DNA of 64,000 nucleotides from Macrostomum lignano. Taxonomy: Eukaryota. Location: positions 140,160 to 204,159 of the forward strand of contig NIVC01002115.1 in NCBI GenBank assembly GCA_002269645.1, written 5' to 3'. Of this stretch, positions 38,860 through 50,300 are shown in pieces; position 1 is the first letter of the stretch; the number at the start of each line of letters is the position of its first letter. Both the position numbers and the translations under genes were made by a program. Under the pieces are notes generated by a model, which made no database searches, was not told the DNA's origin, and saw nothing but the letters and a program-made list of their open reading frames with translations.

Positions 38860-40330
38860 CTTGACTTACTTGACTTACTGCAGGGTGGTCCGTAGACACA
38901 GCGGGGAGGAGGCGAGGGTCGCCCATTTCGCTAGCCGCCTTCGGCAGAGGCGGGGGACCGGTCAGGGTGGTCCGCCGGTCCGTCCTGCAGCGTGGTCCTC
39001 CGTGGGGAAGAAAGTGGCTCCTCTTGTCGCCCGAAAGAACTGGCTGAGCCGTGGGATGCTGACGGGCTGGCAGATCTTGTCAGTTGACGGATCGGCCCGA
39101 GGTATCGTAGCCGCGGTCTCTGGTAAAGAAAGGGCAGTGACAAACAAAGTGCTGAGCATCTTCATTGTCGTACTCGCAAAAAGGGCAAAGTTCGCTCTCG
39201 AGGTCGCCTCGGAGGAAGCAGTGCCTTTCAACGTAGCCATGGCCGGTAGAAATCATGACAAGGGCTCGAATGTCCTTCCGATTTTGGTTCAGAAGTACAT
39301 TCAGCACGCGATTGCCTGCAGTTCTGGGTGCCCGCCCATCTGTCCCTGTGGAGGCCGAATCAGCCCAGTCATCGATCTGACGATTGATGACCGTCGAAGG
39401 GATAGGGACCAGGGTAACAGGGCCAGAGAAAAAGCCAGAGCCGCCCCTCTTGGCGAGGGTGTCTGCCAGCTCGTTTCCCGGAAACCCTGCGTGCCCTGGG
39501 ATCCACTTCAGCCTGACAGTACATGTATATTGCTACTGGCCAGGAGGTTGAGCTCCCGGGCGCAGTCGGCGACTGTCCGGGAGTTCGTGGTGTTGTGGCA
39601 AAGGGCCTGTAAGGCCGCTTTGGCTATCGGAGTGGATGACAATAGTCTCTCCTCTCGTACCCTTGGCGTTCAGCTCTGCGGCGCAGGAGCTGATAGCAAG
39701 GACTTCGTTCTGAAAGACTGTGGGAGAGTCTGCCAGTGTGCTGGGCATGCGTGGCAATGACGCGGCCGTTAATGATGATGCAGACCCGCAAAGCCGGCGT
39801 GGCCGTCTTTGATTAATCCTTCCGTGTAGCAATGGACCTCCTGGAAATTCCAGTTGTCAGTGGCAGCATCCTTGAGGGGATGGTGATCTTGTAGCGCTGA
39901 AAGAGGTTGAGAGTGGGGGTTCACTGTCAGATAAGACGTGGAGCCCGCCGCCGTCTCTCAAGTCCTTTAGGCAGAGGTGGGCGTGAGGCAGGAGCTTGGG
40001 CTTAGCTATGGCCCTATGGAAACGAATGCCGGCGTCAATCAGATGGCGGGAAGTCTTAGCCGCTTTCCTGCGCTCTCCTGAGAGTCTCCAAGCAGCTGTC
40101 TTCATCTGCAGGGCGCTAGCCCAGATCAGGCCGCCGTGTACGAGATAGCAGGCCTAACCATTGCAGTGTACATGTAGATATCGATCCACCAGAGGCTCTT
40201 TTGGGTGGAGCCTCCAGGTGGTGCCGACGGCCCTGCGAAGCTGGGCGAGAACAGCGAGGGCGCTTGGCTTTTGCTTGAGCGTGGGGTAACCATGCAGTTC
40301 AGCCTGTGGTCCAGGGGTAAAAATTAAATC
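38860..40330 (-). mobile_element. 5'-truncated, decayed non-LTR retrotransposon (R1/Loa/I-like) with RNase H and C-terminal Cys/His motif
   Basis: Minus strand: TAMVRPAISYGGLIW (post-RT), TVFQNEVLAI..IVIHSDSQ (RNase H), STGHG..CPFC..EDAQHFVCHCP. TAAGTCAAG x2 at the 3' end. Confidence 0.85.
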
Positions 40331-41724
40331 TGCTCAATATAGCTAGTTCATCATACCTCCTCAATTTTGTGGCGGACAGAGACTGGTGTTCATAAGTTTA
40401 GCTGTAAGCAAATTAACTCGACACAACTTTGCTTGCTTGCTAAATTCTACTGCTACTCGCAATTAAGCCACTTTAATTTACAGATTATTGAGAAAAAAAT
40501 GATTACACCTGCCCTAATATGGGCAGATGTGCAACCGACAGCTTAATTAGCTGCAGCGATTATAGAGAACAGAATTTTAAAACATGAGTCTGCTTTGTGA
40601 GGTTTGGCTTTTTCTTCTCACTCATTTTTTTCTGAGTGGCCATCTCGTGAGAAAGATTTTAAAGGATATATAGACCAAAGTATGCGGGTTCTGTATATAT
40701 GATCTCCAGACTCCGATATATTTTCAGAAACGTCACTGATGAAACTACGAGCGTATTCACAAAAAATGCGCTCATTCAAGATTTTCAGCTAGTTTATTAA
40801 TTTTGCTTCCTAAACTTGAGAGTTGATCGAAAATATACATGTAGCTACCAAACGCCCAATAATAGGGTGTCTCATTGTACAGTATTTTCTTGCATCTACA
40901 TCTAGTGGGAAACTAAACTATCTGACTTACTTGGTAGGGGACAAAAATCTGAACAATCTGGCGAAAAAATTAACCTTCTACGTAACCGATTCTTAACATT
41001 CATTTTAATAATCGGCCTTCTACCTTGCGCACACGATTTGCAAGTGTTGCGTCCTTCAAGTCTAGTAAGAAGGCCGTTAGACAAAGATAATGTTCATGCG
41101 TTAACATGTAATTAAAACATTAGTTGTACAATCATTTGGGCACTAAACTGAGTGCATTTCGTACTTGATAAAAACTTTGAATGCCTAAATGGAAAAATTC
41201 CTGCACAAAAATGTTATTTTCGGTAGGATTTTTCACGGCCAAAAATTCATCGACGCTTACTGTAATTTTCTCTATATTTCTTTTACATTATTTTGATCCT
41301 TTCCTTGCAATTGAAAAAAATCCTGCATTCTGCAAGAAATACTTTAAAGAATACCGGGACATTTTTATTTATTTTTAAAAGCTTTTAACAAAGCCAGTAT
41401 CTTTGAACTATTCTTACTTCCTCAAAAAACTTCTAGAATGATTTACAACAAGTAAAAAATGCTTGTACAAGAAATTTTTTAGCTTTCTTTACAGAAACTT
41501 TTTACATTACGGTACGTGTTTTTTAAACCTCCAATTTCCTATTTTTAGCAACAAAGCCACGCCCGCCACTACATACTACACGCCCACCGAGCTTCCGTCA
41601 GTTTCACTAACTTCACTCTTCGTCATACTCGAGGCTTTTCACATTACCAATTCCAGAACCAGAATCGTTCATATTTTCAAAAAATCTTTAAGGCAGGGTG
41701 GCTTTTTTGTAAAATGGTGTTTCC

Positions 41725-41832
41725 GGCTAACCTGTAGTTTCGCACGTTTAATTCCAACCCCACCCCACCACCCTTGAATAGAGGGCGAAATAATTCCGGA
41801 AATAATTAAACGTGCGAAACTACAGGATAGCC
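41725..41832. mobile_element. 108-bp Merlin-type MITE
   Basis: 29-bp TIR GGCTA(A/T)CCTGTAGTTTCGCACGTTTAATT; 8-bp TSD GTGTTTCC (41717-41724, 41833-41840). Confidence 0.85.
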
Positions 41833-42822
41833 GTGTTTCCTTTATGTTTGAAATGGTTTCCTTTATGTTTGAGATGCTGGCTCTTTTGTTTCACAAGATG
41901 CTTCTATTGTATTTGATCTGATGCTTCTTTTATGTTTGAAATGGTGTCTTTTTCATGTTTGAAATGGTGGCTCTTTTATGTTTGATATGGTGTCTCTTTT
42001 ATGTTTGACATGGTGGCTCTTTCATGTTTGACATGGTAGCTCAACTTCAAGCTCTTTTATGTTTCTCATGATGCTTCTAAATATTGTGTTTGACCTGACT
42101 CTTTTTTTATATTTGAAATGGTGCCTCCTTTATGTTTGACATGATGGCTCTTTTATGTTTGAAATTGTGGCTCTTTTATGTTTGACATGGTGGCTCTTTT
42201 GTTTGACATGGTGACTCTTTTATGTTTGAAATGGTGGCTTTTTATGTTTGACATGGTGGCTCTTTCATGTTTGAAATGGTGGTTTTTTATGTTTGACATG
42301 GTGGCTCTTTCATGTTTGACATGGTAGCTCTTTTATGTTTCACATGATGCTTCTAAACATTGTGTTTGACCTGACTCTTCTTTATATTTGAAATGGTACC
42401 TCTTAGTTTTATGTTTGAAATGTTGCCTCTTTTATGTTTGACATGGTGCCTCTTACGTTTGAAATTGTGCCTCTTTTATGTTTGACATGGTGCCTCTTAC
42501 GTTTGAAATTGTGCCTCTTTTATGTTTGACATGGTGGCTCTATGTTTGGCATGATGCTTCTTTTATGTTTGAATTGTGGCTCTTTTATGTAGTAGTAAGA
42601 ATTTGGCTCAGGCAATTAGCCTGTTTGGCCAATGGCAATTATTATAAAGCAATGTATTTAAAAAAATTGAAAAAGAAGTTTATAAAGACAATTTGACAAG
42701 TTTTTGCAAAAAAAATAAAGTTTTTAAAAGCACTTTTATGTTTGAAATGGTTTCTCTTTTATGTTGTGCATGGTGTATCTTTTATGTTTGACATGGTGGC
42801 TCTTTTATGTTTGGCATGATGC

Positions 42823-43383
42823 GGCAATCCTACACTTCCGTTCGGTAAATTATTTTCACATTTGAATTCGTACCACCGAGTCAAATGACGTCAATTGGCA
42901 ATGTGTCTATGGCCAAAAGTTTGAGCGAACAGAGTTTAAAGGGGTGTCAGTTTAAGGGAGCTGTTGCTTGTGAGCTGCTTGTTTTATTGAGCTTCAATTT
43001 CTCATATCTTCCAGTCTTCATTGCCATGGAGACATGTCCATACCAACACCGTGGAGGGCACATGGGCCCACGCGAAGCGCAAGATCCGCAACATGCATGG
43101 CACGAGCGACGCTCTCTTCGACGCACACATTGAGGAATTTCTCTGGCGTCGTCTGTATCCCCAATGTCCATTTGGGGCTATCCTGTACTGGATTGGACAT
43201 TACTATCCATTGTAGACACTAAGACACCTTAATGACCTGCAGACACACTCTAAGTGACTATGCGCTCTAACAGACTGCTACCATGTTCCACTGTTTTAGT
43301 TTTGTTTGGTTACATTGTTATTTACCACGCCTGTTTAAAATTCAATGTCAAAATAATTTACCGAAAGGAAGTGTAGGATTGCC
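42823..43383 (+). mobile_element. Internally deleted Merlin (IS1016/ISXO2-like) DNA transposon
   Basis: TIR GGCAATCCTACACTTCC.TTCGGTAAATTATTTT, 8-bp TSD CATGATGC. C-terminal transposase HTNTVEGTW..KRK..GTS..EFLWRR at 43036-43215. Confidence 0.9.
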
Positions 43384-44352
43384 CATGATGCTTCTTTTAT
43401 ATTTGAAATGGTGGCTCTTTTATGTTTGAAATGGTGGCTCTTCTATATTTGACATAGGCCTAATGGCTTTTTATTTATAAGTTTAGCATTTTGTGTTTTC
43501 AAGGTTTTCATAATAAAAATATTTTGCATTACTAAGATTCAAACTCAGGTTGCTACATTAGCAGTCCAGTCTTTTTGCATCTAGGCTATCTCTTGTCAAT
43601 CAATTGGAGAACATTAATTGTAGCCCTTATATTTCAATACTTATAGCAAGTCAGTTAGGGTAAAAGTTATGATATAATCAATTTCTCAGTCAGCTAGTAT
43701 CAGTCTCAATTAAGTTAGCAATATGGCTACACAAGTTCAATCAAGTCTAGTGCTACATGTATTTTTAACATAACAAGGCAAATAAAGTCAGTAAAATTCA
43801 GCCAGTACACGGACAATGAATTCAATATGGTTATGCAACCTCAATTAAGTTGTGTGCTTTTCTTCGATACTGTTTTCAACTTGTTGTGATGCAATCTTTG
43901 AGTTCAGACTTAAAATTTATAATTATGGTTTTTGTTGTATATATATTTGTTTAAAAGCTTATATTTTTATTAAATACTGACTTTTTATTTGCCAGATATA
44001 AACCCAAAATTTGTTTCTATTTTATTTCTTTTTCTGTATTTAATTCATTCGTTTTTATTAAGTTTGAAATTCATTAAGTTTCATTCATAAATAAGTAGTT
44101 TTAAGAACATTAAGCATAATGTTTGTTTAGTTAAATGAATATAGACTTAGACTTAACCATACTCAAGAAAAATATTACTTTTAGTTAATAGAATAAACTA
44201 TTTTATCAACTTGCCCCCAAAACTTAATATGCTTACTTTATAATCATAGATTATAGTTATAGTTAGTAAAAATGGTTTGTTTATTCATTTCAGAAATACT
44301 TTCACTTAAATATACTATTAAAAATTGGTTACTGATTAACTAAGCAGCAAAA

Positions 44353-47300
44353 ATGGGAAAGCCAGTGAGTTTTAAGTATTGTTTTTTTTAATTTTTCTAT
44401 CACATCAGTCTGTAAAAAGACAAAACGTTCAACATTATCAATCACCAAATCTATAGATAAATGTGAAAGTTACAACCATGGATGCTGAGCTGGAGTTTGC
44501 TATTCAGCCTAGCACAACTGGTAAACAGCTGTTTGACCAGGTGAGTAAAATTCTTGCCTTAGTTTTGTTTGTGCTTAGTGTCACCATTTAAATATAACCA
44601 ATTAGGTGGCGAGGCATTAACATAAAAATGAAGCCATATTTACTCTCGCCGTTTACCTTAACTTTTTTTCCTATAAGGTGGTAAAAACCATCGGGCTTCG
44701 CGAAATCTGGTACTTTGGCCTGCGCTACACTGATGTCAAAGGCTTCGCCACCTGGTTGAAGCTGAATAAAAAAGTTCTACAGCAGGATGTGCCAAAGGAC
44801 ACGCTTCTGGTGTTCGAATTTCGCGTCAAATTCTTCCCAGAGGACGCCTGCGAAGAGCTCGTCCAAGAGGTGACGCAGCGCATGTTCTACCTGCAGGTGA
44901 AGGAGTCCATTCTGCGAGGCGAGGTCTACTGCCCGCCTGAGACAGCCGTTCTGTTGGCCAGCATTGCCTGTCAGGTGAAATTTGGCGACTACAACCCGGA
45001 TGTGCACCAGCAGGGCTTCCTGGCCAACGAGACTCATTTTCCTATCTCGCAGGTGCGTTCTTGTTTAATATAAAGATTGAGTTTGCAATTTCTTACTGTT
45101 TTTTAGCCGGTTGCTTCTCTGATTGGTTATCAAAGTTGACCTATTATGCTTGCTGTTCTCTGATTGGCTGTTTGAAATTAGACGATTTTGCTTGCTGTTC
45201 CCTGATTGGCTCGTTAAAATCGGACGATTTTGCTTGCTGTTCTCGGATTGGCAGTTTTTAATTGGACGATTTTGCTTGCTGTTCTCTGATTGGCTGTTTT
45301 TAATTGGACGATTTTGCTTGCTGTTCTCTGATTGGCTGTTTTTAATTGGACGATTTTTATTGCTGTTTTCTGATAGGTTATCTTGTCACCAACACATTGC
45401 ACTCGTATTGTCTAATTTAAGCTTAATCGCTCCCAATTCTTATCAGGCCATTCTGAATCAGCACACCCTGTCCCGCCAAGATTGGGAGGACAAAATAGTG
45501 AATTGGTACCGCGAACTTAAAGGCAAAATGAAGGAGGACGCCATGCTTGAGTACCTGAAAGTTGCCCAAGATCTGGAGATGTACGGCGTGAACTATTTCG
45601 AAATCAAGAATAAGAAAGGCACTGATCTGTTTTTGGGCATCGACGCGTTGGGCCTGAACATCTATGCTCAGGAGGACAAGCTCACGCCTAAGATCGGCTT
45701 TCCCTGGTCGGAGATTCGCAACATCTCGTTTAACGATCGGAAGTTTGTCATTAAACCAATTGATCGCAAAGCACCGGTGAGATGAACTAAAATATGTCAT
45801 TCACTGTTTTTAAGGAACCTCATTCACCGTGTTTAATAAGCTCCATTCACTGTTTAAAGAACCCCATTAACATCTAATAGTCCCATTCACATCCTCAAGG
45901 AATCTCATTCACATCCTCTAGGAATCTCATTCACATCCTCTAGGAATCTCATTCACATGCTCTAGGAATCTCATTCACATCCTAGAGGAATCTCATTCAC
46001 ATCCTCTAGGAATCTCATTCACATCCCTAGGAATCACATTCACATCCTCTAGTAAAAATCTCATTCACATTCCTAGGAATCACATTCACATCCTCTTGGA
46101 ATCTCATTCACATCCCCTTGGAATCTCATTCACATCCTCGAGGAATCTCATTCACATCCCTAGGAATCCCATTCACATCCCTAGGAATCTCATTCACATC
46201 CTCTTGGAATCTCATTCACATCCTCTTGGCATCTCATTCACATCCCTAGGAATCTTATTTACATCCCATTGTAATCTCATTCACATCCCCTTGGAATCTC
46301 ATTCACATCCTCGAGGAATCTCTTTCACATCCCTAGGAATCTCATTCACATCCCTAGGAATCCCATTTACATGCTATTCATACCTGAAATTCTGGAATCC
46401 CTCATCCCCAGGATTTCGTGTTCTTCGCTCCGCGGCTCCGCATCAACAAGCGCATCCTGGCGCTGTGCATGGGCAACCACGAGCTGTACATGCGCCGGCG
46501 CAAGCCCGACACCATCGAGGTGCAGCAGATGAAGGCTCAGGCCAAGGAGGATCGGGCTAACAAGCAATACGAGAGGTGAGTCGCAGTGTAACCTCTCCAG
46601 AACCTCTATTAAATCCGCTCCCTGATCCTCTCCCACATCCGCTCCCTGATCCACCACCAAATCCGCTCCCTGATCCTCCCTTACCCCTGATCCTCCAAAT
46701 CCGCTCCCTGATCCTTCACTAAATCCGCTCCCTGATCTTTCAAATCCGCTCCCTGATCCTCCCTTAAATCCGCTCCCTGATCTTCCCTTAAATCCACTCC
46801 CTGATCCTCCAAATCCGCTCCCTGATCCTTCACTAAATCCGCTCCCTGATCCTTCAAATCCGCTCCCTGATCCACCACTAAATCCGATCCTGATCCTCAC
46901 TTAAATCCGCTCCCTGATCCTCCAAATCCGCTCCGTGATCCTTCACCAAATCTGCTCCCTGATCCTTCAAATCCGCTCCTTGATCCTCCCTCAATCCGCT
47001 CCCTGATCCTCCAAATCCGCTCCGTGATCCTTCACCAAATCCGCTCCCTGATCCTTCAAATCCGCTCCTTGATCCTCCCTCAATCCGCTCCCTGATCCAC
47101 CAAATCCGCTCCCTGATCCTCTCCCACATCCGCTCCCATAACCTCTACTATATCCGCTCCCTGATCCTCCCCAATCCGCTCCCTGATCCTCCCCCAATCC
47201 GCTCCCTGATCCTCCCCCAATCCGCTCCCTGATCCTCCCCCAATCCGCTCCCTGATCCTCCCCCAATCCGCTCCCTGATCCTCCCCCAATCCGCTCCCTG

Positions 47301-50300
47301 ATCCTCCCCCAATCCGCTCCCTCATCCACCACCAAATCCGCTCCCTGATCCTCCCCCGAATTCGCTCACTGATCCTCCAAATCCGCTCCCTTATCCACCA
47401 CCAAATACGCTCCCAAAACCTCTACTATATCCGCTCCCTGATCCTCCCCAATCCGCTCCCTGATCCTCCCCCAATCCGCTCCCTGATCCTCCCCCAATCC
47501 GCTCCCTGATCCTCCCCCAATCCGCTCCCTGATCCTCCCCCAATCCGCTCCCTGATCCTCCCCCAATCCGCTCCCTGATCCTCCCCCAATCCGCTCCCTG
47601 ATCCTCCCCCAATCCGCTCCCTCATCCACCACCAAATCCGCTCCCTGATCCTCCCCCGAATTCGCTTACTGATCCTCCAAATCCGCTCCCTTATCCACCA
47701 CCAAATACGCTCCCAAAACCTCTACTATATCCGCTCCCTGATCCTCCCCAATCCGCTCCCTGATCCTCCCCCAATCCGCTCCCTGATCCTCCCCAATCCG
47801 CTCCCTGATCCTCCCCCAATCCGCTCCCTGATCCTCCCCCAATCCGCTCCCTGATCCTCCCCCAATCCGCTCCCTGATCCTCCCCCAATCCGCTCCCTGA
47901 TCCTCCCCAATCCGCTCCCTGATCCTCCCCCAATCCGCTCCCTCATCCACCACCAAATCCGCTCCCTGATCCTCCCCCGAATTCGCTTACTGATCCTCCA
48001 AATCCGCTCCCTTATCCACCACCAAATCCGCTCCCAAAACCTCTACTATATCCGCTCCCTGATCCACTAAATCCGCTCCCTCATTCGCCACATCTAATCA
48101 ATTCTATAATGCTTAGCTAATGGCAACGATAATTAAATCTGCACAACAAACGAATGCCCTTATCAGTATAGAGGACTGCGCTGATACAAATTATATATTT
48201 ATAAATTATCATTATTAATTATAAATCTTAGTCAGAAAGGCACGATAGTCGGCATTGACTTGCTGTTGTACCATATGGTTGATTGCTTATGTGAAAGCTA
48301 GTCTGTATCCTAGTGTGTGCTGGCCTGAGTCTTCAGCACTGACACACACAAACAATTTCTCTCCGCCCCGTACCCACGAGTACACCAAAGCAACAAAAAT
48401 ATTATTTATTCGATCTGTCCTATTTTGCTTTCTTTCTGCTTCTAGTAAGACACAGAGACACTACGTCCTCCACCCCCTATTAGAAGAAGCAGCAGGTTTG
48501 TGTGTTTAGCACAGCCCGTCCCGTGAGTGTACAGTGGCCTCGCTAGCTTGAAGTTGGGGTGGTTGGGTGGGTGTTTTTGTGTGCGGCTTGATCCGCGGGT
48601 TCGGTTTTGTAAAGTAAAAGACAGCAGGCGAAACAGATCTTGCAATGCTGGCTGACAATGCATTAAATGGCATAAAAACTTCATAGTTTGTCTTCTGGGT
48701 AAATGGAAATGAAACTTTAGAATGGATCAATTCTTTTTAGATGCTGCTAATCAACCGATTTTAGTGTCAGATTTTAGCGTCATAGACGAGATTTTGAGTG
48801 TCATAGACGAGATTTGAATGTATCATAGACGAGATTTTAGCGTGATAGAAGACGATACTTTAGCTTCATAAATGAGCTTTTAGCAACATAGAGGAAATTT
48901 AAGCGTTGTTGACGAGATGTAAGCGTGATAGAAGACCGTACTTTAGTGTCATAGCTGAGATTTTAGCGTCATAGATGTTGTTTTAACCTAAAAGATGAGA
49001 TTTTAGCGTCATAGATGATGTTTTAGCGTCATAGATGAGATTTTAGCGTCATAGATGAGATTTTAGCGTCATAGATGATGTTTTAGAGTCATAGATGAGA
49101 TCTTAGCGTCATATGATGTTTTAGTGTCATAGCTAACATTTTAGCTAAGATTTTAGCGTTTAGCGCTTTTAGCGTAGATTTTAGCGATTACTGTGGCTTA
49201 ATGTTAAGAACATAACAAGCGTCAGATAAAGAGATCAAGAGGGTAGGAGAGGGGAGGTCAGTTGCCCTCCCCGGCCCAAGTGTTAACAATGGAAGGGATC
49301 TTGTTTCCTAGAACAAAAAACTTGACTGCGGCGCCACAGTGGCGCTAAAATCTCATCCTTTTCTGGTTTAATATAGTTAAGCTGTGGGCATTAGGCATAG
49401 GTATGCATGTTACTAGCTATTGAATGAACTAGGAGGTCAATGACCTCGCTTGACCGGCTCGAGAAAGGTACAACTAGGGAAAGGGGTCAATGACTCCCGG
49501 GTCCTGCTTGATTAGATCGTAGATACCTTCAGCTAGGGAGGGGGGGTTAATGACTCCCCTCCTTTGTTGCAGTGTCTACATGCGCCCACTAATTAGCTCG
49601 TTTCAATATTTGATAGTAATCAGCCTCATCACCACCCCCCCCAGAATCCGACTCGAACGCGAACGCGCCGCTCGCGAAGAGGCCGAATCGCGTCGCAAAG
49701 AGCTGGAAGACCGCCTAGCCGAACTCGAAGGCCTTCAAGAGTCGTACGCTAGAGAGCGCGAGGAGCAGTCCACCCGCATGGCTGAGATGTCACGCCAGAT
49801 GGAAGAGATTCAACGCCAACGAGACGAGATCGAAGCGGCCAGGCTGCGGGCTGAGGAGATAAAAAACCAGCTGGAGTCGGAGGTGCAGATGAGCGCCGAG
49901 GAGCGAGCCAGGCTTCAAGAGGAGAACGAACGCGTGCAGGCAATGGTTCAGGCTAAAGAAGAGGAAGCTCAGGCCGCTTCAAACGAGCTGACTTCGATGC
50001 GCGGCGAGCTGGAAACTGTGCGCAAAGATCTGGATCAGACAACTAATCGGATGCAGGACTTGCAGACTAAAGCTGCCGTGATTGTGACACCTCATCTGGC
50101 TGAGCTGGACGATGAAGCTGCTGGTAAGGAAGCTGGCTAATCATTTTTTAGCTTGAGTTCTACTTCTAAATTCCTCTCTGCTCTTTTTGGCTTAATTAAA
50201 TTCTCCCTTTACTAGCTGCCAGGATTCTAAAAATACCCTCTGTTCTCAGAGCTAGTGAGATTCTGAATTCCCCTGGTGCTTTAAGCTTTTGAGATTCTGA

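Larger units (their letters stand above)
41700..43460. repeat. ~24-bp degenerate minisatellite (TTTATGTTTGACATGGTGGCTCT)n hosting two TIR insertions
   Basis: Repeats continue on both sides of each insertion. Confidence 0.85.

Noticed and set aside
38861-39760. 299-aa plus-strand ORF
   Set aside because: Antisense shadow of the minus-strand LINE RNase H region; no recognisable motifs.
46367-47956. Gly/Ser-rich and EDQGAD minus-strand ORFs
   Set aside because: Translations of the intron 5 minisatellite.
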